NCBI RefSeq assembly: GCF_018977255.1
Contig: NW_024704742.1
Location: 22,322,001 to 22,386,000, forward strand
Reading direction: 5' to 3'
Source: Callorhinchus milii
Taxonomy: Eukaryota
DNA: 64,000 nucleotides
Shown here piece after piece: positions 45,834-59,348 of the stretch. The position numbers were made by a program, and so were the translations under genes. Numbering within the stretch: position 1 is the first letter of the stretch; every line of letters starts with the position of its first letter. Below the pieces are notes generated by a model that saw only the letters and a list, made by a program, of their open reading frames with translations, made no database searches and was not told the origin of the DNA.

Positions 45834-48800
45834 CTGCAACACCAAAGTCATTCACAAATGTTAGCTAGATTCAATGACAGATTGCAGCTTTCAAAGATGC
45901 TTTAATTCAGACTACCTAAAGCATGTGTAATTCAGGGGACTGAAATACAAATCAGAAAATATAAGCATCGATACGTTTGGTTATCGGCAACATGCTTTAT
46001 TCAATTTATTGTAAGAAGCAATATTTCACTCATTTTTTTGTGAAACAAAACCCTTTCTTTTATTTGAAACCATTTACCGTAGCAAGATATTGGCAACATA
46101 GAGTATTACTCAATCATTCAGTGCAGAATTCAAAATGAATAGGCCTACTGACAAGTATAAAAGTGTTGTGTAACAACCAAAATTTTAAGCAATCCAAACC
46201 GCAAATACAATCATGGATCATTATATTTTAAGATTTAAACTATGCTTCTTTTGCTATTACATTTGATTTGAAATATATTTGTGACAACTTAATGTCTGCA
46301 TTACATTTAAAGGTTGGTAAATCTGGTTGTAAAATGATGCATTGTCTTGAGAGACACTTTACCTTATTCAGAGGAAGATATGACAATGTCAATACCAGAA
46401 CCACTCTTCTTGCTATTAGAAACATTTGCTTGATCTTTGTTTCAATAAAAAAACAAAGTAAAAATATGAGAACTATATTGAATCCTCTGTTTTATAATAG
46501 ATAGTTTGCCCACAAAATACAGTCACTATACTTTACAGTAATCCTGTAAAGCACTCAGGCATGAAAGGTGCGATATCAACTGCAAGGATTATTTATTACT
46601 GTACATGATTGTCCAAAATTGTCTTGGAATCCAATCTCTGCAGTTGAGTTTATGGACCAGAAAACGAGCCCGTCTGCAAACTCCTCTGCCTTTCGCCCAT
46701 AAAAAAAATACAGTCGCTATATTTTGCAGTATATCCGTAGAAGTGCTTTGAGAAATCTCAAAGACTTGATAAGGCGTTATATCAAATGCAAGGATTATTA
46801 TATTTTATATAAATATATTCTTTTTTAAAATATTGTTTTAACTTGCACAATAATTCCACTGGAATATAATAGTCCTAATTTTCAAACAAGAATTCAATTA
46901 TTCCTTTTTAGCATATTTTCAGCTCTCTCCGTTAATGATTGGATGACACACCTCAAACTTTTTATAAAATTTGTCAAGTGTTATTTCAGGGATGGGGAAA
47001 GAGTACAATGTTTGTAACAGTTTATGACTAGCTAATCTGTAATCAAAGCAAAGCTATCACACATTGATATTAAAAAGGTGAATGCCTGTGAAGATGCTTT
47101 TCAGATGATTTCAAAACTGTGAGGTGAGAAAAATCAAGAGAATCATTCCCAAGCTACAGTCTCTGATCGCTAGAAGCTGGTTCAAGAATAACACGGAGAG
47201 CAGTTCATATTCATTGTTTCAGGTACAGACAGTGCGTAATTCAAGGAAATTTGATGGTTTAAAGAGGACTCATATCCTCCCAAAAATTGCTAGAAAGACA
47301 TTCAATGACTAGTGAGGTAGTCATTTACAAAACTTAGATAATTGGAGAAATTCAGTTGAAGATATTTTAAGGTACTGCAACAACAACAATTTGCATTTAT
47401 ATAGTGCCCTCCATGAAGGCATTGTCTCAGAACTACAGTTACTAGATAGTTTTTCCAGCTAAATTACATGGTGATAAGCTATGTAAAACATAAAAACAGT
47501 ACACAAATACAAACTTTTAATCAAACCGTGTTACATAAAAAACTGTGCTGTGTACCTTAAAAACAAAACTTGCTATAATATATTATATATATATAGAGAG
47601 AGAAAGAGATAGAGAGAGAGAGGGAGACAGAGGGGGACATCTTTAAAAGAAAGAACACTTCAGTGAAAACTATGAAGAATAAAGAGCAGGACACTTCAAT
47701 AAGAATGACAAAGTGGAACAGCGCAGAAGGAGAAGCAAGAGACAACACAGTGGAGATGAAAATCAGACTGGGAAGGGGTCATGGAATCCCATCCTCAAAG
47801 GAAATGAAGAGTTAAATATAAAATAGGGTTTTCGACCCTTGATGAAAAATGTTTCGCTCAAATGTAAAATGTTTGAACTAAATAAACTAAATGAATTAAC
47901 TGAAACAGAACTAATTTACACATATTAGATAAGGGAATTAAATGGTACACGGCACACTTTTACAACATACTATATAATATTTTAAAGGAAAACACTAATG
48001 TATTTTTATTGTGAAATTCAACCTGCATTCCAAGATTTAACCGTCAGTGCTTTTGCTGACCATTGGAGTAATTTTAATTTGTTCCTTTTAAGACTCATTT
48101 ATTCGTAAATAAAAAGGGCACATTTCTTTAGAGGAAGAATGTATTCATAAACAGTTTAATAATTCATGAAAAAATCTTTGATTAATCTTAACATGATAAT
48201 AAAAAGTGCTTTTATTTGGCCGTTTGTACCTTCTTATCAAAATGTTCACTTGTTTCAAATTGCCAATATTATGATGCATCACAAGTACATAACCATAAAA
48301 GCATGTCTTTCCTCGAAAACAATGACAATTTCATTCTTAACATTCGCAGAAGCAGTTGGTAACATTTTCAGAACCTGTTAATACAATTGTCAATTTTTAT
48401 TTCTTTTGATTCCTGTCAATTTCAGACAATTGGCTGTATAAGCAAATGATACAGCAATACAGTCTCATTGAGATCACATTCAGATCACGATGATTGCCAA
48501 GAAAATGTAATTTCCCATAATTTCTACTTACCTCTGGCCAAATCCAGTTTACATTGATAATACTAAATTACAATACTGACATATGAGTTTATCGTCCACA
48601 TATGAAGCCTTATGCAAATCTTCTTACTTTGCAACCCAAGCTAATATCAATGTCAAAGGATGGAAGGTTCATTTAATTCTAAACTGCAATTCAGACAAGT
48701 AACTTGGCACTGTTAATACGTCATCGTGTTTTACACACTATGAATAGGCTTTAAGATCCTGAAAAGTGTAATGCTTTTCCATAGTGAGATGCAAACTTCT

Positions 48801-51800
48801 CTTCAGATAAGCATTTTCTAGGTGAAGAGAGATTTGCATGAGGCTTCTGCCACTTTCTATGCAGACAATAAATTTGGCATGTGTTAGGCTGGTAATTTCC
48901 TTTTATCAATATGAATTGGATTTGGTCAGTGATGTGAAGAAAACACGGGAGATTACAGTTGGTTGAGAATTATCCTGGTCTGAACGTGTGGTACAAACAT
49001 CCATTATAAGTGAAAACTTAATGATTGTAGTGTGAAAAAAAACAAAGAGTAAATTTATCAATCTTGGTGATATGAGTTTAATGGGAAAATTAGTCTTATT
49101 ATAATTTATCAATCAGCAGAGAATGCAGCACCCTCGCTGTCAGCAAATTTTCCAATTATTGGAGAATCTACACTAATTTTATATTAAATGATTTTTCCCT
49201 TTTGTTTTCCTGATCTCTAATCATCATACACAACTCCGGCTGCCCATGTCACAAGGAGAATTAAGTTTTCTTATAGTCATTGGTTTAAATGAAATTACTG
49301 CCGTCACCCCAAGAGTTCCTGAGCATGAATATTTAAATGCTTTAAAACAGTGAATTAACAATATTTTGTACTCATAATGACTTCCCAGTTAAAAAAAAAT
49401 GAATGAAAAAGTATGACAGACTGGAGACAAGTTTGTAAAGATTAAAGTCAGGATTGCTAATCAGGAACACAATACATCATCAGATTGCCCTACAAAGAAG
49501 ATCAGCATATTTCAGTAGCAACCAGAAGCATAATTTAACAGGATTATTTCAGGGAAGATAAGATTACACACCATCATCTCTATCCAGATTTTCTTTTGAC
49601 ATTGAAAACAAATGCTTCATTATAGAAATATTAAATATCCTAAGAGGATCTGAAATAAAGTCCTATATGCAGTATAATTTTGAATTGTTGGAAACATCTA
49701 CAAATTATTGACACTGACGTGGGCAATGTTCTCCTGCCACAACAGCAACCACATAAATGTAATTCTCTCAGCTGCTATTTTGATGCACATTTTTGATTCC
49801 ATGAATATTTTATGAAATGGCCCAAACTGAAGCCATATAACATTCCTGCATTACCGATGCCTACGCCCGTAAGCTATAAACATTAGAGACATGATTGAGT
49901 GCATTAAAATGAACTCATTCGGTAGTGCATTGATTACTTGATGGAAAAGACTTCCTCTGCTATGATAAAAAATATCAGTAGAAACTGCAATTTTGCATAA
50001 GAAGCGAGGCATCGATGTTGGCTAGCTAGTCTGTTTGAAAAAAAAGCAGTTCCTAGCTCCTTTAGACAGGTTGTACATTTAGACCTGGTCATAATTGCAT
50101 GGGATGTTAATTAGGTCTGGAGATTGCTGCAGGTATTATTCAGGTAATTTGAAATGTCAGAAACTGTAGGATGCACTGACTTACCCGCTTTGCTTGGCTG
50201 TGGACTTCAGTAACACTGGGAATAGCTAATTATTTTTTCTCTTTAGCTGGCAGACTTCGCCAACAGAAATGTAGGAGAAATTACAGTACAATTTCAGCCG
50301 GCAATAATTTGTCTTAAAAAAATTCACTTGAAAAAGCAAACTTTACATACATAATACTCCTAATATTGGGACCGTACATCAAAGGCAGAGATGAGAACAT
50401 ATTTAAAAATCTAAGGGATACTACATAGAGAGATGCATGAAAAATAGTGTAATGCTTCAACAAATATTGATTTGTTATACAATTATTTGATTTGAAAGAG
50501 CATTGAAAATATCATGTCTATAATGTTAAAGAGAACCATTTGACCACAGGGATGTGCTATAATTACAGTTTTTTTGGTCCTGAACAAGGAGCTAGGCTTT
50601 GGTTCTGTACAAAAGCTCAAACAGAATTATTCTGAATACATGAATACTTTAACACAAGGCACTTCATTAAGTTTCAAACTTTCTGTCTCATTATGACCAT
50701 ACGTTTGGTCAAAGGAGATTTTGCGGTGCCTAAAAAATAGGGATCGATTTACATTGATTCTCAAGAACACTGTTTTATGCAATATACTGAGATGCTCAAG
50801 AAGGACCTTTCAGAATTTCCAAAATCATATATCCTGTTGAGTATTTCTACAAAATATAATTATATACCGTGAAACCTGTCTATAACGATCGCCTTTGGGA
50901 CTGCCTTAAGACAGTCGCAATAGAGACGATATTCTCAAACAGGTAAAAAGAAGCATGGTTATCATGAATTGTGGCTTGCAGAGAAACATTATCCATTTTC
51001 GTATACACCGGTGATTTCTTTTTTTAAAAAAAATCAGTTCCAAAGTTGTAACTATCATAAAAAAATCTCATAAAGCTCAAATCTTTTAAAGATGCCAAAA
51101 ATCGTTACCTCCAAATTACTAGCAAGACACAAAACTAACACTGTGATACGAAATTAGGTTAGTATTTTTATTGAATTAAGTTTTCTTTTTGATATGTCAA
51201 AACTCCTTATTGGCGGCTGCCAAGTATGAAACGTGTATGTATCACAAGGTTTCTAGTCTCCTGGAGGAAATCAAAAGCAAGCAGTCATTGAGCCCAAGCT
51301 TCCAGCTGGGGACTGAAGACTGAACAGACTTTTAACTATATTTTGTAGAAAATAACACTGGAGTATGGCAGAAGAATGCTTGTCTCAGCAATACACTCTC
51401 AGCCCAATTATTAAAATAAGTTGAACAGAAATGGGAGATGGGAGGGTCTAAAATCTGAGAAAGATAGTTATCATTTCTTGAAAACAAGTTTTAATGTGCA
51501 ATTGAGGAGATATCAGTGACTTGCAGCTTGGAGGGACTGATGAGCTGATAGGCTAAAAGTGGAGCGAGATGATCAAGAATGAATGTCCCGGCTGTGTTTT
51601 CACAAATGTTCAACAAGTAAATATGTTGCTGTTCCTGCCAAAGACCCCAAGAACAATTATCCATGTTATTCACTCAATCAAGCTTATTTAATTTCCTTTG
51701 GAGGGTGAATAACAGTGGAAAATGAAACTTTGAAGTTTCTCTTTGATCCCAAAATTGTTTCAGTGTTATTTCTAGATATCACTCTACTTTATTTAATCCT

Positions 51801-54459
51801 AAACAGTTCTGTTTCATGTTTCCATTGAACCAGCAACAACTTGAGTTTATATAGCACCCTTCACAAAGGGTAACACCCAGTAGCATAGGAACTACATTGT
51901 TCCCTGCAAAATTTTCATTTTCTATTCCTTAAAATCTATACACATAGTTATCTAGCTCTCTTTTTAAAGTGGCCCACTGGCTAAATCTGTCAAGAACCAT
52001 TTCTGCTTTTAAGAATTTCTCTTTTTCTTCCAATGAGGGATTTATTGAGCTAAAAATGTCAAGTTCTGAAAATTCTGACATTCCTTAAAAAGAGTCAGCT
52101 GCAGGGTATGGATAAAGGCCAGGTAAGTGGGACTATGTTCATCAAAAAGTACAGATGGCTGTGCTATTAAACTTGATATAATATATTGCAGAAGTACCAT
52201 AACCCCTGCCCCCCCCCAGCCCTAGTAGAAAAAGTATGTTGACCAAAAGCTCAGTCAAAGAAATTTTTGTAAAATGTATCTTAAAAGTAGGTTGAGAAGG
52301 AACAAAGGTAAAGAGAGTTTTGAAAGGGTTTCAGAAAACAGGTTTTCTGCTCCTGATCACTCATGGGATCAGAGCCTGAGTTTGTAATAAACAGTTTACA
52401 CTAAACATTGGGAGAAATGCTTTTTTACTGGAGAAACTCCAGTGGCAGCCCCACTATCAGATGCATCAATGAATTGCTCAACATTTTTAACATGTTTTGC
52501 AGATATTTATTTCTCGGTAAAACATAAGCCATTTAAAAACATATCAATCAAGACGAAACTGATCATGAAGTCACATCAATGATTTAGTTTTCTTAAAAAA
52601 ATCCAATTCTCCTCAGCATTTGGAGCGATTTATCTTGTTGCACTATGAAGCACCACAGTACAATTCAAAGAGTTTTAAATAATCACAAATGCACTGATAT
52701 AGAATAAAAATGTTGATGTTTCGCACATTTCTCAACTGTTACAAATGGTGTAGAGATGGAAGCATTCTGGCAGCCTGAAAACCTGAGAAATGTCAATGTG
52801 TATATTTCAAAGTCTGCATTTCATCAGAGTGTCACACCAGTTGATCAAAGGCCAATTTATCTTACCAGAGGAAAAAAAAGCTTTAGATAGTGTTTGTATT
52901 TATTGGTACAGATGAAAGTTTACAGTTGCACCACCACTGCGCTTAACGCTTAACTTATAAATCTTTAATTCATGCCACTTCAAAATAGTTAAGGGTAACA
53001 TTTTGAGCTATCAACAGAACTATAGACAGTTGCATTGTTAGAGCCAAAATCTTGATGTAGTCTTTTTTCCCTGTGCTACACAAAAATGTCTCGCATAATA
53101 ATAATGTCAGGAATATGGAAGTGTCACATCTTCTGTCTTCTAACATTGGTGCAAAACAGAAGAAAATTAATTGTCTAAACATCAACCCCAGTGTCTAGGA
53201 TGTGTGTAAGATCTATTGCACTGAAGACGAGATGTTCAGATAGATTTTCCTCCGACTGGGATTCCAATTAATCTTTTTTTCTGCCAAAAATGTTCACTAT
53301 AGAAGATCCATACAAGATTTTCTTTATAGCTCTCTTGTGAAAGTTAAATGCAGACATATAATGGTACAGAATAACTGACAATTCAATTTCTTTACACTTT
53401 CTATAGTATCTGATTTCATCAACAAGTCATTTTTGAATCATTACTGCTTCATAAGTAAAAAGCCATCTTTGACTTATTTGCACAGTAGCTTTCAAAAGTT
53501 CTCAATACGTAAATACAAACTTGTTGCACACAAGAAGAAACATTAAATCATCAATTTTCAAAATAGTTTTAATTGAAGTTGAAATAAACTACTACTTCCT
53601 CCTGATCAGAACCCATACTATAATTGTTTTCCATTCCATCAGTTGTGTTGAAGTTTATAAGTTATGTATCAGTGGATCATAGAAAACAAGAATTAATCAG
53701 GACTGTATAATTCATATGTACCACAATCAATGTGAAGTGATATTGGCTGTATGGACAAATCATCCTTGCCCTTACAAATAGGAAAACAACTCAAAGCACA
53801 ACTCAAAGAGAAACTAGGAGTCTAACTTGGGAGATAGATTGGTGGGGTAGGAAGGAGCTGACCAAAAACACAATCAAAATTAGGCTTTTAAAAAGTACAG
53901 TGGGAGGGTTTGAGGTGGGAGTTCCAGAGAACAAAGTTAAAGTTGCTGAAAGCTTTTGCCTTTCAGGACCTCCATGTAGGAAACTGGATTTACGTCACAA
54001 AGCACTTTTTCCAGCATAAGACTCCAGGAACCAGGCCTATTTGCTTCTCATGTAGCATTCCAAGCTCAGCATCTGGAAGCCCTCAGTGAATAATCGATAA
54101 TCTCTCCCTTTTTTAAGAAACTCAGGGAAATGATAAGCATTTATTGGTATTATTGACATTACCCATTTTAGCACACATTGGCAAAGTCACTACACTTAGT
54201 TTTGTGGAACTTCTTACGACTGGCCTTGTATTTTGATACTTAATCCCTCAAGATAAAAACAATAATAAACTGATCACTTCAATCCACGACTGCTGTGCGC
54301 AATTGGCTGTTGCGTTTCGCCCACAAATATACAGTCAATTCATTTTATAGTATATTCTGTGAAGCGCTTTGAGACGTCTAGAAGACGTGAAAAGCGCTAT
54401 ATCAAACGCAAGGATTATTATTATTATTTATCATGCAACCTTAGTAAAAATTGATTTAC

Positions 54460-54645
54460 CTTTCTCTTCATAAGCCAAGCCCAGGTTTGCATTTGCTTCA
54501 GCTTCTTTTTGTCTTTCATCTGATGAAATCATGGCAGTGGTTTTGAGGCAGGTTTCAAAGAAGTAATCTGAAAGCAGTTTATCCTCTGTTCCTTTAAAGT
54601 AACATGCCAGTGAAAGTTGGCTATTATAGACTTCCTCATACAGCC
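54460..54645 (-). CDS. TTC29: TTC29 coding exon (186 nt, phase 1/1), copy 2, intact
   Basis: cctaaaag|GG CTG TAT...AAA G|gtaaat; LYEEVYNSQLSLACYFKGTEDKLLSDYFFETC...KEAEANANLGLAYEEK matches recalled TTC29 LACYFNNSEDKW...KEAEAHMHMGLLYEED. Confidence 0.92.
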
Positions 54646-55866
54646 CTTTTAGGAAAAACACACAAAAAAAACTTTGATCAGATCTATCCAAGCTACATCA
54701 GGTATGAGGTTTTATTCCTATGAATTATTAAGTAATACAAGAAAAAAAGGAGATGCCGTTTACATCAATAGCAAATGAAAATAATTCATTTGTAATGCTC
54801 ATTAGTATAAATTGAAAAAATATTAGTAATATTAAGAAGGGAATCAAAAATAAATTCAGCTTTTCAAAAGTAAATTTGATTACCTTGTTTTTTGTGGGGA
54901 TTTGTATCTAACATACATGAAGGAGAAGGGAACAAAGGGGTAGAGGAGAGGGATTAGGAGGGTTGGAGGCTTGTGTGGAATATAAACACCGGTGCAAACA
55001 ATGTGTACCGAAAAGCCGGTTTCCCGTACCATACCACTTTATGGAACTCTATGCTACATTGTTGATATTTATTTTAAAAAGGTTTAATAAATCATTAATA
55101 ATATTATCCTTGCCCAGTTCCACTGGCTCCCCATCCCTCAGCAGTCTGAGCAGTTGGCCACACCCTCCCCAGCCCCACACTCAGCTTGGAAGCAAATCTT
55201 AAAACTATCCAGTGACTTGGGATGTCTTCCCAATCTGGAAGAAGGTATACATAAATGTAAATTTGTATTGTATTATTGTGTAGTATCTTTATTTTTGGTA
55301 TTAATTGAATTATAGTTAATTTAAGATTAACTGTAGCATCAGATTCTCGCTGTCTGCTAACTTGGTTTACCTTCTCACGTGCAAAAAAAAATCATTTACA
55401 CATTTGATTGTTTCTCAGGATACTGCAACGTAGCATCATGAAATAACTGTAGTTTCAATATATTCTTGCTAAGATGTCTATGCACAAGATCATGCAGCTA
55501 TTGTCACATATTGTATGTGACGCTATACATTTATAAACTGCAAGCTAGCTAACCCATACTGTAAATATGAAATGAATAAGATCTCTCAGAAGGTTTCAGA
55601 GATGTAAACCCTTTTTATCCTTATTCATTTTATTAATGATACAGAATGGAAGTCATGAAAATGCATAGGTAAAATGTCCATATCTCAAAAAACACATTCA
55701 GGTACCCTACACTATATCATATTTACGAGCTTTGTGGAGTGAAGCTTTTAGGTGCAAATTTTCAGAATGTAGGAAATTGTTACTGGAAACAATCTTCATT
55801 TGCTCCCTCCTCCCACTCCCCCTCAAAGTCACTGCCATTGCGAATGGCATGATTTCCCTCACCTAC

Positions 55867-56090
55867 CTGCTCTCTGGGCGGCCTCCGCCCTGGTCAGGAA
55901 ACACTGAAGCTTATCCAGCTTCTCATGCTGCTCCTCCAGAGTCTTCTGTTGCCATATGTCTGACCCGGGCCCTTCAGCCTCCCTAAAGGCATTCAACTTG
56001 TGGATCAGAGCAGAGAGCTCTGAAAAGGACCTGTGATAACCCTCCCGCAGCATGTCTAAGCAGATGTTGTGTTTGTACGAATTCCTATAA
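55867..56090 (-). CDS. TTC29: TTC29 coding exon (224 nt, phase 2/1), copy 2, intact
   Basis: ttcccag|T TAT AGG...GCA G|gtaggt; [25 protein letters not shown]...[24 protein letters not shown] matches recalled TTC29 [25 protein letters not shown]...LEEQPDKLD..YLTRAE. Confidence 0.93.
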
Positions 56091-56496
56091 CTGGGAATAT
56101 GAATACGAAAAGCATGTTCAAAGGTTACTTCACTTGAACTGCAGCAGAGTTTTTCTTTATATACTGTACCTTTATCTGCTTTCTAGCTATCCAGTCCCCT
56201 GCCCCTTCAGAAACGATCATTTACTTCAATCTCAGCATTTTAACATGTGCCTTACAACAATTTTGTACATTTTAGACAATGGCTCTCTATATATATATCT
56301 ATATATACATATATATCTACTTCCCCTCTCCTCCTACTTATAACTATAAAAGTAGGTTATGAATATTAAAATACATAGTCATGCTAAAATTTATATTTTT
56401 GAAAAGCTGCAAATAAAACTAGTTCATTTTCCCACTGATTTAGTCTGCTCACCCAGATGTGCAGGTAAAGTGGAGTTACATTTTGTAGTCACTTAC

Positions 56497-56561
56497 TGCT
56501 CTGTGATGTCGGCCACAGAGTGCAGAGCATCAATCATCTTTGCATCTACATTTTTTTTCAT
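56497..56561 (-). CDS. TTC29: Probable TTC29 N-terminal exon (65 nt, phase 0/2), copy 2
   Basis: aatcag|ATG AAA AAA AAT...GAG CA|gtaagt encodes MKKNVDAKMIDALHSVADITE(H); its phase joins the YRNSY exon exactly, but protein similarity is weak. Confidence 0.55.
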
Positions 56562-58342
56562 CTGATTCACCAGTAAAAGGTGGTAATATCATTGATTAAG
56601 CTCATGCTTCCTGCACATCCTAATTCCTATCCAAATGCACTTTACATTTATGCTGTTGGGATCTGTATTTTCAAAGTACAGTAAAATTTGATTTTTCCTT
56701 CATAATTGTCTATTTGAAAACTATGGCAATTCATTGCATTTGAATAAATGAAAAGTTAAAATCTCTAATACAGTGATGACAAACCTTTTTAAGCTTGTGC
56801 TCATACGTTTAAGCACTGCAAGTCGCAGTTATTGTGCCACAATGTTGAAAAAATGTCAAAGTTAATATTGCTTTCTTAAAAAATAAACTTACCAGCTCGA
56901 CTAGGGCAGTGATACACTTCTAAAGCTGGGATCTCAACTTTCTCAGAGAGCACTCTCCCAGGATGATGTTTTTTTTTAAACTCACAGGCACATTTTAGGA
57001 ACATAGGAACAGGAATATGCCATTTAGCCCCTCGAGCCTGTTTTGCCATTCTGTTAGATCATGGCATTTTAGTTGCTGTTCAAGTGGGTAATAAGGATTT
57101 CCCTTAAGATACACCTGGAAGTTGTGCCTCCCAATGTGCCAATGGAATTGGATTCATTTGCCACGTTAGGAACATGTGCTGTACAGGTTGCTGTTACGAA
57201 TATCAATGCAATGACTCCATTATGTTCAATAGGACTGGAAAGGTTTCCACCTGCCACAAACAACTCCTTGAACTTTAGCCATGAATAAGGGAATCTTTAA
57301 AATTAATAAAATACATTTTAATGTAGGCAAAGTTGGATGACTGACCTTTGAAAGGCCACAGAGGTTTAGACAGCAAAGAAGCAATGAAAGACTGGAAACA
57401 GGATAAATAACTTTCCGTTACACTGACTCTGAGTTGTTCTGTTTACCAAACCAAGTGGAATTGTTCAGCCTTATAGCATATAACACATGTTTAAAGTCTC
57501 TTTAGAGCCAACTTTATTTTCTATTTCTTCCCATGTATTAGGAAGCATCCCTTTGATTTTGCTACCTCATAACAAACATGATCGTAAAGAAACTCGAAAA
57601 TAAATCACTAAAGAAGCATTTCCTGTAAATAAACAACATTTAACAGCCCATTTAAATGGAAAAGTTACTATGCCATCTCCATGAACAGACTTAAGAAAAC
57701 CATGTCAGTGCAATACAGTTTGTGAAATTCCAGTTTGAAGGCATTTCCCAAATTGTGCAGTGAGCACTAGGATCAGCCACTGGATACAATCCTGTTTCTC
57801 CTCACAATATAATGCGATCAATGATTTTTGAGGGGGAATTTGATGAAGTCATACTGAGACATTGGGTAAAATTGTTTTTCTATAGCTTACAAATGCTGTC
57901 TAAATACTTTATGGATATATTATTTTCTCTCATGAAACCACAGGAAAAACATGACCTCAACAACGACTGGGACAATATTAATTTATAATGCTTACTTATT
58001 ATTAAGGCCATTATTGATAAGACTATTAACAACATTCATACATTATGCATACTTAATATTATTAAAATATATTTTATTGTGAAGTGGATAATAGTGTTAC
58101 TTGAAGGCTACTTTGCCAATTCTATGATTGTCTGACAGTATGATAGATTGCTCCTAACAGCTCACATTGAACACACAAGACATATACTGCATGCCGAGCT
58201 GATACTTATAAACAATTATGCATCTTTTATCATTAACAGGAGCAGCAAAGCAATTTCAAATAGCATTGATTTTAGTTAAAACTACTTGCGTTTACATGAA
58301 ACAATCAGTACATATACTGTACATTATTCTGCCTGTTCTCAC

Positions 58343-58395
58343 CTTTAAGGTTCTTATTGCTATGGTTTGTCCTCTAGAAAGTACCGAAACAAGTC
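58343..58395 (-). CDS. Candidate upstream TTC29 exon (53 nt; alternative acceptor at 58427; copy 1 at 35905-35957)
   Basis: cctttcag|GA CTT GTT...TTA AAG|gtgaga is open, and its phase-0 end fits the 65-nt exon; no homology support. Confidence 0.3.
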
Positions 58396-59284
58396 CTGAA
58401 AGGACAATGGTACTGAACAATATTTTCCTGAAATAGATACTGCTATAAGGTAGGACTTTGAGACCTGACAGCTCTCCTCTCTCCTGAGTTCAAGTAGTCA
58501 GCCAATGTCTACTGCTTCATTTAACACATGTTAAAACTTACCCAAACTTCTAGACAAGTTTTAATTGCCAGTCAATGCTGGGATTTGAATGTGCAATCGC
58601 CTGGTTGAAAATGTAGCTCTGGAATACATGAAATATGAATCCCAAAAACTTCAATTCTGGTACTTCACTTTAGGGACTGGATAGTCCTGAGAGTTAATTC
58701 AATATTGCTGGCTCAATTTTCTTAGTGAACAACATAACTATTTTCAAACTGAAGATAGTTATGTATACCCCAGATCTAACCTAATTTCAATTACAGTTTA
58801 CAATTACAAAAATTATATAATTTAATCTTTGTTAACAGAGTAGGGAAACAGACAATTTGCAAAACTTAGCTAAGCTTTGAAAAGTGATATCCTCTTCCAG
58901 GAAGGAAAATCTCCTCGAATAACTCTAAGTCAACACTCCTTGGTATGGTGATTGCAGCATTTGGCCATTTATGCACACATCAATGTTAATCTTGACTTCC
59001 ATACCAGCATGTATAACCACACTGATTCTTTCAATGGCAGCAATGGAAGGAATAGATTGAGTTGAAAAGTTACAGAAGCACTGGACATCTGTTGTAACAT
59101 GGAAGGGAAAGCAAGAGCACAGGAATGCTCTTCACCTGTGGCACTACGTGCATCCTCAAAAACACAAAGATGTTTTCAGCAGCATTTGGGGTTTTGATAG
59201 AAATGCATGTAGGAAAACTTCTCAAACAACTTTTAATATTGCTTCCAGGAAACAAAGATTTAATCCAAAAGTGACAACACTCAC

Positions 59285-59348
59285 TTTGATCCTTCTCAGA
59301 TATTTGGTGAAAGCATCGCTTAACTATAATTTCTCCATTCTTCAGCCC
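59285..59348 (-). CDS. Candidate upstream TTC29 exon (64 nt; copy 1 at 36846-36909)
   Basis: cttacag|GGG CTG AAG...CAA A|gtgagt is open (GLKNGEIIVKRCFHQISEKDQ), and its phase-1 end fits the 53-nt candidate; no homology support. Confidence 0.28.
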
